In this document: positions 12,620 to 27,480 of the stretch, piece after piece
How positions within the stretch are numbered: position 1 is the stretch's first letter
How the letters are laid out: each line of letters starts with the position of its first letter
Source: Camelus ferus
Lineage: Eukaryota
NCBI RefSeq assembly: GCF_009834535.1
Contig: NC_045697.1
Location: 31,808,001-31,872,000, forward strand
Reading direction: 5' to 3'
Length of the DNA: 64,000 nt
Program-made: the position numbers and the translations under genes
The notes under the pieces: generated by a model
What the model saw: the letters and a program-made list of their open reading frames with translations, nothing else
Database searches by the model: none
What the model was told of the DNA's origin: nothing

Positions 12620-13703
12620 TCTCTTGTGGGCTAAGAATTTATTAATCAATACCAAGGCTGTTTGGATCGGACTCTACCTCCATTTTGAATTATGTTAAGT
12701 CTCCAACTTGTCAACATTAAGGTTGAACCAGTCATTCTCCAGCTTGGGATTTTAAAGGAAAATTGAAGATCATGTAACAACTGAATATTTTAAAAGAAGA
12801 GTCAGTAGAGATCAAGGAATTCTAATATATTTCCTTTTTTTTAATAAATACATAAAGCTCTTTATCATTTCCCTCAATTATTTTGCTTAACATGATAATA
12901 AGATCTTTCAGAGCATCATTATACCAATTTTCACAGCCTGATGTAAGGACTCATTTCACAGAAATAATAATGACTAGCAGTAATAGATGAATGTCAGTGC
13001 CATAACACAAGATTATAAGGCATATTTACACCATCTTAACATACAGAACACCATACACATACACAAAGAAATCACAGATCTGGAACAAATAAAATTCAAC
13101 CTAGACAACTTACATTTATAGGCTTTGCCTGAACCTTTTAAAAAAAATTTTTTTTTGGTATTTTTTTTTTCTTTCCAAGCAACAAACAGATATTCCCTAA
13201 GTCTTGTGATTTATTTGTAACATTGTGCTCATGCAAAAATAGTACTTGTTTTATTGCATTAACATTTAAACAGTTTTGGGTTTGGGTCCCAAAACCATCA
13301 TCTAACATTTTACTTGATGTTGCTTCATCCATATTATTACCTTATTTGGAGTGATACGATGATTTGTTTTTGGTGAGTTACAAAATGACAAACATACCCA
13401 GTTGACCACAGTTCAAAAATCAAGATTCTAAGCTTCTTGGTCATGCACATTTTACTTTCATTCTTGTGAAATAGTTTGAATCAGATACACCACTTGATTC
13501 AACATCTATTAGTTTTCTGTTTTTTAAAACCATATTTCTAAAAACAACAACAGAAAGAATGAAAGAAAATACCGTCCCACATCCACTGTTCACAAAAAGG
13601 AAGAGCAGCAAGAATCACACTGACCATTGTTAGTACACAGTCAGGTGGTGACACCGTAGTAAACATTGAATGTCATTGAAATACTGCAGGAAGGAGAGAA
13701 TTA
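12620..13703 (-). other. KCTD8: KCTD8 3' UTR (end uncertain)
   Basis: Non-repetitive AU-rich sequence after the stop. Minus-strand AATAAA at 13255-13250, 13215-13210 and 12643-12638, and GATAAA at 12866-12861. Confidence 0.65.
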
Positions 13704-14231
<528 letters not shown>

Positions 14232-15231
14232 TTATATTTTTTTAAAATTTAAACCAAGAACATGTATCATTTTAAGGAAAATGCTGTTTGTTGTACTGGC
14301 TTATATTTGAGAGATTAAACACCACACCTGGTATTGTTAATGTAGACTGAAACACGCAGTGGGCTGATTAATTACTGATAGCAATGAAATTCGGGAGGTT
14401 TGCCTGATGAGCATTTCTGCCACACTGTATCATCACTAACTTTATGCTTAAAAAAAGGAAATTTTTGTTATTTTAGTTACTAGTTCCTGAAATCTGAATA
14501 AAGATATCATACATCAGTATTCTACTAGTCCCCTAACTGTTTCATTAGATAGTTAGTTCATTTCTGTTCTAGCTAATGGCATTAGGTGCCCTGTGTGTAT
14601 TTATTTTACCATCATAAAGCAGGAAGTACCGTTGCTCTATTTTACAAAGCAGCAGTATTCTCCAGGCCCAGAAATGCAATAGCATCATTTATACTTCCTA
14701 GTGGGAGTCTGGTTTAAATCTTATCCTCAGTATCTTAATCTTGTTTCCTGTCTATTTCCTTGGAGAGAATTATGAAAGTGCTGTAAGATATATATGTGCC
14801 CAACGCTATGCTGAAAAAAACATAGTTGAAATATAGTATTCTCTCAAAATACAAGGCTTACCATTTGAGGTAAATTACCTAGGAGGACAATTTTCAGAAA
14901 GTGATAGTTTGCCAAGATAATTATTTCAAATGCACAAACAGTTTATTTCCAAGAGGGAGCATATTTTATGTGCCTTGACTCTGCTGTGGGATTAGGACCT
15001 CCATCTAACATTTATTGAACATCACCACAAACCCAGAAGGATAATAAAACCTTGATTAAATGGAGCCCAACCATTCAGATATATAAGTTACCCAAATCTG
15101 ATTATTTTTCTTGTAGTCAACTTTTATGAACAAGTGCTATAAATCAGAATTCGAGGGAAAGGCATCGTATTTTTAAGCAACTGGCCTAGGGGAGCCCACT
15201 GTGCAGCCAGAGTTGAGGACAACTTGTCTAA

Positions 15232-15395
15232 TCCATGGGGTTTCAACCTCAGCCACATACGGAGTTACCTGAAAGGCTTAGAGTACTGATGCCTTGGTCT
15301 TGGCCCCAGAATCATGCTTTAATGAGGTGCCACCTGGCCATTGGGTCATTTAATAGATCTAGGTGATTTCAATATGCAGTCAAGGTTATGAGCCT
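15232..15395. mobile_element. MER5A-like hAT-Charlie MITE
   Basis: gtttcaacctcagccacat...ttacctg...actgatgcc...ggccccaga...aggtgatttcaatatgcagtcaaggttatgagcc. Confidence 0.65.
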
Positions 15396-17854
15396 TTCCT
15401 CAGTCTAATATATATGGATTGAGTTAAAAACAGATAGGAATCGTTTATATGAACGAGAAGGGCAGGGAAACAAGCCAACAAGAATACTTTCATAAGAGCA
15501 CCTCCCATGTACAACTCACTGTTGGATGCCATCACCAATTTTCCTATTTAGAATCAAAGGAAAAAAAACATTGACACCGGACATTTAGTTGAGTGGGATT
15601 AAAGATTTTAAAAAGCTTTAGAAGCTGCTGGAATGATGAAAATACTCTATATCTTGACAGTAGTGTCAGATACAGGACTGTACACATTGTGAAAACTGAC
15701 AAAATTGCATTGCTACAACGGGTGAGGTTTTCTGTATGTTAACTACCCAAATTAGCCTAATCAAAAACAAACAAAAAGCCCAAAGAAACCTTAAAGAATA
15801 TGCACCTATTTGAGGGAAGGTTTTAACCAACATTTCACGCTTGCAACACAGTAAAACTAGAACAAATGCAGGTGCTAATAAAAGCTTAGTAAGAAAGTGC
15901 ACTAGTACATTTCAGAAGCATTTGCAACCATGCGGTAAAGAAAACAGTTGCTTCCTTTAAACCCCTGCCATTTTCATTTATGGTAAGAGAGACAGCAGGT
16001 GAATCTGAGGGATGAGGGTGAAGAAGGCTTACTTCCTAACACTCTTTGCTGACTCACCTAAACCCACTCTGCACTCTCCACTGTCCTTAGTGGCTGATGG
16101 GCACAAACCACGTCCTTAGTCTCCCCTGCCTTATGGTTCTCACCTGGATTCAGCCAACGATAAAGACTGGCAAGATCACACCCTCACCTGACCACACCCC
16201 TAGGATTTCCGTGATCTGGCTGCATCCCTGGACCAAGCGGCACAGCCCTGTCCAGCAGCTCTCTTCACCTCCTTCTTTCTTCCCCACCCTCCCTCTGCCC
16301 CACCTCTTTCCAGATTCCATTAAACTAGGCTCACATCTTCAGGCCTTATAGGTGTTAACCATTTCCTCTGTAACTGCAGGAGGGCACTGCCTACACGGTG
16401 ATAAACTGACAATATTCAACTTTTGTCAAACTACCCAATTGGATGTGCGTTCTCTTTCTTCTGGGACCCTGACTGATAGATCCACACTGGTCACCAGCCA
16501 TCTACTGACTAGCAGAGTGTCATCTGTAGGATCAGATTTTTAGTGGCACCAGGTTTTAGTGGCAATAATATTGAAATGGGATGAGTTTTCTGAAGTCCTA
16601 CTGAACTGGAACCAAATTCCAGGTCTCTGGCAAATAGCCTCATGGACTTGAGCAAGATACTTAGCTCCTCCAAGCCTCCATTACTTTATCTGTTAAATGG
16701 CAGGAGTAGTACTTTCCTCATAGGATCTAGAGTACAGTCATTCCCATTGAGAGCGTATTACCAGGAATTTTTTAGTGTGCAGATACTCAGGCCCCTCTCC
16801 GGAGATTTAAGTTTGCTGAAGGGTTCATGTGTGTGTTTATGTGGCAGACAGGGCGGTGGAGGAGGTGCGGCCTCTGCTTTCCTAATTATCTTAATGGCTG
16901 AATGTGATTCCCAGCTAGCACGATGCCCACCAGCCTAGTACAATGTAGGACATAAGGAAATGTTTTTACCCTTTCTGTCAATCTTCTGCATTACTTTAAC
17001 CAGAAATCTCTACAGAGACATCTACAATTTTCATTCCCAATAAGGACTAAAGGATCAAACTGCAAATACCTGGGAAAATCAATTTATCTTTAAGGATAAG
17101 TGAGTGATGAGAAATCATTCCCTGTTAAAAGGTAGGGGGGATAGAGCATTAGACAGAGATACCCAGGCAGAAAAGTAGTAACATCAGAGTGGAAGACAGT
17201 ATGGAGAGCGGATACTAGGTCCCACCAGAGCAAGGGGTTCATTCTGTTTTTATTCACTGGAGCAGGAGGGAAATGCTTAATGACATAGGCTAGGTCCATG
17301 TGCTAACTCAATAAATTATATACAGCTACTATGCCTAATGGCATTACACTTTATTCATGGAGGTGATTCCTCCCCACTCCCCTCCTCAAATGCACACAAA
17401 TGCAGACTCCACAAGAGGGTGGAATGCAACGTTTGTATGATGGAAATGGATTGCTCTTGTAGTGGAAGATGGAAGCTCTAGGGAGATTTCTTTGAAGACA
17501 GCATGGATCAGTTTAGCCAACAGAATTTTATTGAGAACCACTACATGCCAGGCACTGTGCTGTGATCCAGTGATGCTCATAGATTATTTTACTGTATAAC
17601 GTTAAAAGTTTAAAATGCATGGAGCACGTTAGAATATCTCCCACTGTAGACTTTAAATTCTATGAAAAAAAGGGAGGTGGGAATCTGACTTGACTATTGT
17701 CTTAAAGGCACCTTGGGGGGGAAAAAGAACTTAGAATAGGTACAGATATTGACAAGAATGAAGAAATATACACATTTATTTCTCACTCCTTTTTTTGTTT
17801 ATGTTTTTATTTTTTTGTGTCTCACCCCTCCTATTTATTTTCTTTTTAAAAAAA

Positions 17855-18110
17855 ATTTTATTGACGTGTAGTTGATTTACACTGTTAGTTTCAGGTGTAC
17901 AGTGAAGTAATTCAGTTATACATATATATATACATATACATATATATATATATATATTTCAGATTCTTTCTATTATATGTTATTACAAGAAATTAAATAT
18001 AGTTCCCTGTGCTGTACAGTAGGTCCTTATTGTTTATCTATGTTGTATATAGCACTGTATGTCTGTTAATCAGCAATCTTAATTTATCTCTCCCCACCCC
18101 TTCTATTTCT
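17855..18110 (-). mobile_element. L1 3' end, 5'-truncated
   Basis: ttttattgacgtgtagttgatttacactgttagtttcaggtgtacag...tccctgtgctgtacagtaggtccttattg, the reverse complement of an L1 3' UTR. Confidence 0.85.
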
Positions 18111-18209
18111 TAAGCTATCTTTAGGCAAAGTGGATTCCCAATCAAGAGACTCCCAATTAAGTTCAGATGTTTACTTAAGAGATAATGCTTAACTTTATTT
18201 TGTCCACAT

Positions 18210-18690
18210 TTTTGGTTTGTTTTTGAAGTGTAATTGATCTACAGTACTATGTTGTTACTGTTACACAACATAATGATTGACTATTTCTATACATTTTGAA
18301 ATGCTCACAATAAGTCTAGTTACAATATGTCACCATACAAAGATACTACATAGCTATTCACTATATTCTCTATATTGTACATTTTATACCTGTGACTCAT
18401 TTATTTTGCAACTAGAAGTTTGTACCTCTTAATCTCCCTCACTTATCTCTTTCTTTCGTCCATCCCCTCCCCTCTGGAAAACACCTGTTTGTTCTCTATG
18501 GACAACTCTGTTTCTGTTTTGTTATGTTCATTTGTTTTGTTTTGTTTTAGATTCCGCTTATAAACAAAATCATACAGTACCCCTTGTCTTTCTCTGTTTG
18601 ACTTATTTCACTTAGTATAATACCCTCTAGGTCCATCCATGTTGTTGTAAATGGCAAGATTTCATTCATTTTATGGCTGAGTAATATTCC

Positions 18691-18740
<50 letters not shown>

Positions 18741-18940
18741 CACACCACGTCTTCTTTATCCATCTGTCTATTGATTGTCACTTAGGTTACTTCCATATCT
18801 CAATTATTGCAAATAATGCTGCAGTGAACATAGAGGTGAAGATATCTTTTCTAATTAGTGTTTTCATTTTCTTTGGATAAATATCCAGGGATGGAATTGC
18901 TGCATCATATGGTAGTTCTGTTTTTAATTTGAGGAACACA
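18210..18940 (-). mobile_element. L1MA-like 3' end containing (TG)22 at 18693-18736
   Basis: tgacttatttcacttagtataataccctctaggtccatccatgttgttg...ggaattgctgcatcatatggtagttctgtttttaatttgagga. Confidence 0.85.
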
Positions 18941-20329
18941 CTCTTGAATGTATAGAAAACTATGATAGTTCCTATATAAATCATTAAGAGTAACAGTCTT
19001 CTTTTGATTTATGTCAGAATTTTTGCTAATGCGTAACATGTTACATATCATTATTGCTACTTGATTAGGCATACTTTAAATCATCACTGATAACTTAATG
19101 GATTTAAATTAGGACTAAGCTAAAATAAGAATATAATTTATCTGTTTTACATGACATGAAATTTAAGAAAAATAAATAAAGAGGAAATAATGATTTACTC
19201 TCGTTGCTTAGTTTTCATGTGGATGCCTGCTAATTGTAGGCTTCCAGGGATAATTTAAAATCTTGCATCATTCTATTCAATGATCCAAAGCCACTTGAAA
19301 TGCCTTCAGCACGACATAAATAATAATTTAAATAACACCAGGACTTGCATATATGGGAACAGCATGGTTGTCAGAAAATTCTGTGTCTCTTCAACTCATA
19401 ATAGAATCAAATCTATACCTAAGTGATCTTCCTTAAAGTGCTTTTGTCCTCTGAGTTACAGCACCAATCATACAATATAAGAAAAGAAAATGAAAAGTGA
19501 TTTGGTGGCTTAATCAGCTGGGCTTTATTCCATCACATAATGAGAATAATGACCCACTATTAGGGTAAGTAACAAATCAGTGAATACATACATCTCATAC
19601 CTATTTAAGATTTAACTTTAAAAAGGAGTTAATTATTTAAAAGTCCAAAACATATGTATAGCTAGAAATGTGTTTGGGAAATTAAATCTTTTACTTTTCA
19701 TCTGTCTATTTGCCATTAAATAGACTAGGATTTTCAGCTAAGAGTTGATTGTCTTTCAAGGGGATTTACAGCCTTACCAAGGAGACCTGCAAGCCAGCTA
19801 CTTCGGTCACACCGCTCCACAATTAATTTTTAAAAGAGCAGTCAGGACACACGTGCACACACACATAACATACATTACACTCCTTTATTATGCTCACATC
19901 TTTCTTTAGTGTGGGAATAGCCTTGGATGATCTGGGTCTGCACTTGACTCAGCCTCTCTAAGCAAGTACTCTGTGCTGGTAATGTCACCTCTATAATATT
20001 TGGTCCTTGTAGGTTAAATTTTTTTGGCTTGGCCCCTAGATCCCTTTATGTTATAAAGTCCTGTAATTCTAAATGATATAATGAATAGAAAGGGCTTTTC
20101 CATGCAGTAAAGTTCTAATATTAAATGTAAAATGTTAAAAGGTTACCATTAATAGAAATTATCTCTTAGAATAGGGAAACAAATTCAGTTTCTATATAAG
20201 TACTTCACAGAATTACAGGGTTCAAGGATAACTTTCTCTAAGTTCACTGATAGGAAGTGTAGTTCTAGAAGACATTATCAACTGACATTTGTTTCATTAA
20301 ATCTATTCTTGTTATTGAAATGCCAGCAA

Positions 20330-20555
20330 GTAGAATGATGCCTAAGGCAGCACAGTGCAGACTGGCTGGACTTACATCCCAGTTTAACAACTTACCAGGT
20401 GTGTTTTCTTGGTCAGGTGACTTACTTTCCTTGGGCCTCTGTTTACTCATGTTTAAACTTCAAGTTGCAGTAAGAATTAAATGAGCTAACCCATGTGAAG
20501 TACTTAGGATGTGCCTGGCATGCATTAATGCTCACGGTGTTAATTATTATTATTA
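20330..20555 (+). mobile_element. MIR SINE
   Basis: Core tgacttactttccttgggcctctgtttactcatgtttaaa...gaattaaatgagctaacccatgtgaagtacttagg...tgcctggcatgc. Confidence 0.7.
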
Positions 20556-22449
20556 AACAGGATAAATATCCAGGGCTACTTGGCTGTGGTATGACATATT
20601 TGTTTATCTGAATATTGACAGTAGTGATTGAGGAATCCAAAAAATTCCATTCTCATTTTGGCTCCACCCATGAACCTAGGAACATATGAATTGCAGGCAT
20701 GTCATTTACATCTTTGGGCTTTAGTTTTTATCCAGTAAAAATTAAATAAGAATAGTAGTTCCTAGTCACATGGCTATAATAAGAAAGAAGAGAATATATG
20801 TCAAAGCAATTTTGCTGTAAAATTCTCCATAATAGACTTGAGAGGCTATTAAGTATTACATTCTTATGTCCAAAGAGGAATTTACTAGAGAAAACAGAAC
20901 ACAAAAGCTCTCTTTTGAGTTATTAAAATGTGTGAATTAAAAGTAATAGTAAAAATATTACATTAAACAAAGTAAAATAAATTGAAGGTATCACAATGGC
21001 CCAAAACCTGTAAAATTCGGCAAAACGGGGCTTTCAATTAATTTCACTGGATTTTATTACATTGATATAAAAAGGAGGAAATGATAGCTTTTCTAAGTCA
21101 TTTGGGTGAATAGTGAAGTACAGAAATTAAACACTAATATTTTCATCTTTAAAAAAGGCATATGACTGCCTATTAGTTCTGAGTGTAGGCATATTCAATA
21201 AGAGTACTTCCATATTTTTTCTTGGAAAACACTGGCATTTCCAAATGAAGTTTATGTGTACACCTGCATGCTTGAAAAAAAAAAAAAACCTCTTTTATTT
21301 TAATCTCTTTACCTGCCTAGTGATGATAAAAAAGACTGAATATGTAAAATGTGTCTGCAACAGGCACAATTCCCGGAAGGGAAATTACCCTTTAATAGTA
21401 CTAAACTCGATGGTGTGTGAATGGTTATATGGTACTTGAACAGAAAGAACCGATCCATCTTTAATATTAGCACCACATGCCTCTAAGTATTAAGCAGTTA
21501 AATCAAAAGACAAAACTCCATTTCGATTTTGATAAACATTTGCTGAGCACCTACTATGGACCAGGCACAGTGTTAGCTTCAACAGGAAGGACACACACAC
21601 ACACACAGAGTCCCTGATGTCAAGCAGTTCAAGCTTAGGGTGACAAGCACAGCAGTGCGGCTCTAACTAAAGTCTGAACAGGACATGAAGGATGGAGCCG
21701 AAGCGAATTGTGACTGGAATGAGCTAAGGGATGGGGATCATTTTCAATTCATCCATTAAAACCTGCATATAAACTACAGTCATCCCCTCTGTATACATAG
21801 CTCCTGTGTATCTGTGGCTCCCCCCTAATCTGCAATATCTCACGTTAAATTGAAACTTAAAGATCATATAGGAGATGCATTTATCTTAAGAGTAAAAAAA
21901 AAAGGCTATTTAAATGAATAAAAATTATTTTTATATAAGAAAAATTAAACTCATTTCTTTATGTTTTTAATAATCTTTACTATTATTACTTGACCACTTC
22001 TATGAATGAACGTGAATAAAAGAGAAAAGAAAAGAAGGGTAATTTAAAAAGAGAAACATGCTGTAGCATTCTTTTTCCCACACTGACATGATTAGTCACT
22101 AACCCACTCTTCTGACTCTCCTTGTACCTGTTAATTTTGAATGTGCTTATTTATGTACAGTGTGTCTCTCCGTCCTTAAATGGTGACTGCCTAGCCTATC
22201 ATGAAGACTTGATCAGAGTAATTGCTTAACAAAATTAATAAAATGAGAATGATCTTCACTCCTCTGAATTTCTATAGTATTCACTACTGACTGTATCAAT
22301 CATTTGGTATTTAGCATTCACTACCTTTTATGTTACTAAACATTCACCTAAATGACCACAGGAGCAGTAATTATGCTCCCATCATCCCCACACAAATGTC
22401 CATTCCAAAGTCACACAACGAGTGTCCTACTGTCCCCCAAAGGGTTAAA

Positions 22450-22682
22450 CGGTTGACGCTTGAACAGCATGGAGGTTTGGACCATCAACCCTCTGTGCAG
22501 CCAACAATCTAAGTATAAATTATAGCCAGCCCCCCATACCTGCAGTTCCTCCGAATCCACAATTCTGTATCCTTGAATTCAACCAACTGTGGATTCATAG
22601 TACTGTAATATTTACTACTGAAAAAAATTTACATGGCAGTGGACCCGTGAAGTTCACACCCATGTTGCTGAAGGCTTAACTG
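22450..22682 (-). mobile_element. MER8-like Tigger MITE
   Basis: Terminal inverted repeats cggttgacgcttgaacagcatgg / ccatgttgctgaaggcttaactg; internal gtggacccgtgaagttcacacc; ~233 bp. Confidence 0.75.
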
Positions 22683-25356
22683 TGATTTCCATGACGGCTG
22701 GGGCTGTGTCTTAAATTTCCTTCTGTCACTCAGTTCAAGGGGTTGATTTGTTTTATCATCGAATCAAAGATACAAATAGAGTGAACAGGCAAATGTAATA
22801 CAGCTAGGAAAAAGTGTGCGAGAAAATACACATTTGAATGGAACACATGTCGGAGGAGGTTTCCAAACTAATCTTACCGTCTTCGTCCCATTCTGTAAGT
22901 CTGTGTCTTCTTGTTCATTATTGCTGCAGATGACATCCAAGTCACCTTTCGCTACCCAATGCATTCATCTTTTATTTCCAACTACTTTCCACGTCTTATT
23001 AATTTTGCACTTACAGTAGCTCTTGAATCTATCCCTTCATTGCTATTTCCATTTTCACCGCTTATAACAGGGCTCTCATTATTTCTGTCTCCTAATCAGT
23101 TCTCTGACTCCATTTTAGTCCCATTTCAAACTATTCTCTACACCATTGCTAAATAAATATTCCTAAAGTCTAATTCCACCAAGTGTTCTCCCATGTACAA
23201 AACAAAACAAATCCTTCTAAATAGTTCCTCTGCACATGTAACGAAATTTGAATGCCACATTTTGGCACCGAGAACTGTCCTCAGGGTGACCCAAAGAAAG
23301 GATTGTCCCAGCCCATCTCGTAGTGCTCCTCACAAAGCAGCCAGAGGACACTAATTCCTGGTAAACGCCTGCATCATCTATGCCAGTTTCACTCTCTCTG
23401 GGTTGTGTCCCTCCCCTGCCCCATAGCCTTCAAAGTTTGTTCCAAATGGTGCTTTCAGCATAAAACCTTCCGTTCTCACATTTTGGTTGTGAATTCTTGT
23501 TATTTCTTGTTCTCTTAATGACCCATCACAGTTTGTATGAACCTACCAAGTGTTGAGCCTGTCTTGTCTTAAATAATAGTTATTTCTATAGGAATTTTAA
23601 CTTTCATCCTTGTGTTCTGCCCCACAAAACACACACACACAAACACACATACCACCTCTGTTAGTCACTGCAGAACAGTGATTCTTTCCCTTTTATCTTT
23701 GTATTTCCTGGAGTGCCACCCCCATGACAAGGCTCATGATAATCCAGTAACTGTTTGCTGAACTGAATTCAGTGAAATTAGTGTAATCTATAAAAGAACG
23801 TCTGAGCACATAGGAAATTGTTTAGTCCCCAAAGAAATCTTCTTTTGTTTTAACTAAAACAGATAAACCCAAGTGTAACTATGTTTACAGTGTGTAACAA
23901 ACAAACAAAAAACAAAGAAGATACGAGCCTTTGGCAGTAATCTGTAAGAAGGACCTCACAGTCTCTCTAGTAAGTGAAAATATTCCTTTGAAAAGGTCCC
24001 TATGTTATCACTTTTAGGTTATTAAAGAGAAATAAAAAGTATCGGGGAACATACATAATAAGGAAAAACAATTTTCTTTGTTGTGCGGAAGAATTCTACA
24101 TCACTTACGTGATTGTACCTAATACTGGCACGTAAATACATCGAGGAGGAAAGGTATTAAGCGTTCATGTGTCCATTCAGAACCCCTATCACATGCAAAA
24201 TGGTCACTGACACCTTGCAACAAGTCCAAAAAGTCTTCATTTAAAACTGATCTCCACATTTCACTCATGGGAGCTACGATTCTGTGGCCCATGCACACAT
24301 TTTGTATTTTAAAAATTTTTTTTAATTAAAAAAAAAGAAAGAAAAACAAGAGCTCCCGAAAGATACCCAGGCTCCTTTTGGATCCTGAAATTAAGAGCTG
24401 CTCATTCTCAGGTTCCCACATCCAAATCTACTATCCCTCATTATTGCTGTCTGGCTGTTTTCCCCCAAGTGCTGAGGAAGCCACCTTCTAGTGACCTCCT
24501 TTTTCACAGGCACATACTGTATAACAGGGATAATTTATCTGCTTTTCAGATTTGTCAACACCAGCTTACTCTTGCTTGTTCCACGTTTATAAACTGGATC
24601 CTAACACCCTCGTGGTGCTCAGCAATGACTAATGAGAAGTTGTATATCCACAACATATCTGATAGCTGTGGGAGGAAGGAAAGGGCACTTGTAGATGTAG
24701 GTTGGGGTGCACTTATGGTGTGCCGTGTGTAACAAATTGATAGAAAAAAAAAATGCTGGCTGTGAATTATCCCTGCCTGTTATAAAATACTAAAGAAAAA
24801 ACTGTCAATGACAACAGAGGAAGGAGAGCTTGTGAAGAGGTAAAAAAAAGAAACAGGATAATACTCTTGGGTTACAGGAGCAGCAGCGACTGCAGGCAGA
24901 AAGTCATAGTCGAGGGGATTTTTATTTGTCAGATCTCTTCAGATTCTGAGTGTCTGCCAACCAAGAAACGTTTTCAAGTACTTTCAACAATGGCTACGGG
25001 ATGCAACTTCTTACAGTTGCCATACTATTTAATGTGAGTGCCACCTCTTTCACTTTGAGATTTATAGAAGTGTGTCTGTTACAGAGCCAGTTCAGTGCAG
25101 AGTCACTAGAGTGAATGGAAAATGGAAACATCCATGCTCACATCACAGTTTAATTCCATGTTGTGTTGACAATAAAAAAAAAATGCTCAGGTTTTGAAAA
25201 TAGCAAAACTGTGCTTGAAGTCAAGTTCTGACATCTACTCACTGTGTGCCAACATCTGTCTTTGAGAGTCATTTTCCTATTCTGCTTAAGAGGGATTAAA
25301 AATATGGTACCTCCTTCTTAGAATTGCTTTGAGGAAAGATGTGCAAGGAAGAGCCT

Positions 25357-25840
25357 TACGATAGGCTGAAAAGTAGCCCCCGAAAAGGTAGCAGGTCCTA
25401 ATCCTTGAAACCTGTAAATGTCACCTCATGTGATAAAGTCTTAGTAGGTGTGATGAAGGATTTGTGGATGGTTATATTATTCTGGATTATCGAATTGGAG
25501 CCTAAATCAATCACAGATATCCTTGCAAGAAGGACTTTGAGGGAGATTTGACACACATACACATATGGGATGAGGAGGCAATGGGATCGCAGAGTGAGAG
25601 ACTGGATTGGTGTGGCTACTAACCAAGGTATGCCAATCACCACCAGCACTGGAAGAGGCAAGTGATAGATTTTCCCCTTGAGCCTCTGCAGCCAGTGTGG
25701 CCCTGCTGTCAGCTTGATTTCCACCTGGTAAAAATGATTTTGGGCTTCAGGCCACTGGAACTGTGAGAGAATAAATCTCTGTTGTTTTAAGCCACCAAAT
25801 GTATGGTAATTTGTTACAGCAGCCATTGGGAACTGACACA
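25357..25840 (+). mobile_element. MLT1D/E-type MaLR solo LTR
   Basis: gtcctaatccttgaaacctgtaaatgtcacct...gaactgtgagagaataaatctctgttgttttaagccacc...gaactgacaca; near-perfect 5-bp TSD agcct/agtct. Confidence 0.85.
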
Positions 25841-25944
25841 AGTCTATTTAGTCTAATGTATGGCCCTTGGTCAATGCTGAGTGATGGCATTTATATGTGT
25901 GAATGTGATATTATCCTTAATAACTGGATGATATTGGAGCTGAA

Positions 25945-27480
25945 TTATAGATTATACTACAAAGCTACAGTAATCAAAACAGTATGATAATGGCATAAAA
26001 ACAGACACACAGATCAATTAAACAGGATAGAAAGCCCAGAAATAAACTCACCCACTTACAGTTAATTTATCTATGACAAAGGAGGCAAGATTATACAATG
26101 AAGAAAAGACAATCTCTTCAATGAGTGGTGCTGGGGAAACTAGACAGCTACATGTAAAAGAATGAAATTAGAACATTCTTTAATACTATATACAAAAAAT
26201 AAACTCAAATGGATTAAAGACCTAAATGTGAGACTGGATACTATAAAACTCCTAGAGGAAAACATAGGCAGAAAACTCTGACATAAATTGCAGCAATATT
26301 TTCTTGAATCCATCTCCTAGAGTAATGGAAATAAAAACAAAAATTAAAAAATAGGGCCTAATTAAATTCAAAAGCCTTTTCACAGCAAAGGGAGCCATAA
26401 ACAAACTGAAAAGACAACCTAGGAAATGGAAGAAAATATTTGCAAATAATGAGACAGCCAGAGATTAATTTACAAAATATACAAACAGCTCACACAGCTC
26501 AATCTCAAAAAACAAATAACCCAATCAACAATGGGCAAAAGACTTAAATATATATTTCTCCAAAGAAGACATATAGATGGCCAACAGGCACATGAAAAGA
26601 TGTTCCACATCACTAATTATTAGATAAATGCAAATCAAAACTACAACTGAATTATCACCTCACACCTGTCAAAATGGCCATCATCAAAAAGCCTATGAAT
26701 AATAAATACTGGAGAGGGTGTGGAGAAAAAGGAATCCATCTACACTGTTGGTGAGACTGTAAACTGGTACAGCCACCATGGAGGACAATAAGAAGGTTCC
26801 TTCAAAATCTAAAAATGGAGTTACCATATGATCTAGCAATCCCACTCCTGGGCATGTGTCCAGAGAAAACTCTAATCTCAAAAGACACATACAACCCCAA
26901 TGTTCATAGCAGCACTATTTACAATAGCCAAGACATAGAAGCAAACTAAACATTCATTAACAGATGAATGGATAAAAAAGATTGGTGTATATGTACATAT
27001 ATATGTATATATACACACACACACAAAGGCATATTACTAAGTCATAAAAAAATTGAAATAATGCCATTTGCAGCAACATGGATGGACCTAGAGATTATCA
27101 TACCAAGTGAAGTGAGTCAGACAAAGACAAATACCATGTGATATTGCTTATACATGGAATCTACAGAAATGATACAAATGAACTCATTTACAAAACAAAA
27201 ATAGACTCACAGACATACAAAACAAATTTATGGTTACCAAAGGAGAAAGGGGGGAAGGAGAAGTTCAGAATTTGAGATGAACATATACACACTACTATAT
27301 ACAAAATAAATAACCAACAAGGACCTACTGTATACCACAAGGAACTATACTCAGTATCTTGTAATAATCTATAATGGAAAAGAATCTGAAAAAAAAATAT
27401 ATCTATGTACAACTGAACCACTTTGCTGTACAACTGAAACTAATATAACATTGTAAATCAACTATACTTCAAGAAAAAAA
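25945..27480 (+). mobile_element. L1 ORF2 3' portion plus 3' UTR (decayed, 5'-truncated)
   Basis: tatactacaaagctacagtaatcaaaacagtatg...aatggattaaagacctaaatgtgagac...gcagcaacatggatggacctagagattatc...ttgtaaatcaactatacttcaa and A tail. Confidence 0.92.

Noticed and set aside
19306..19325. REST/NRSE site (TTCAGCAC)
   Set aside because: Only the left half-site is present; the GGACAG half is missing.
25398..25841. 147-aa ORF
   Set aside because: Lies entirely in the antisense strand of an MLT1 LTR.
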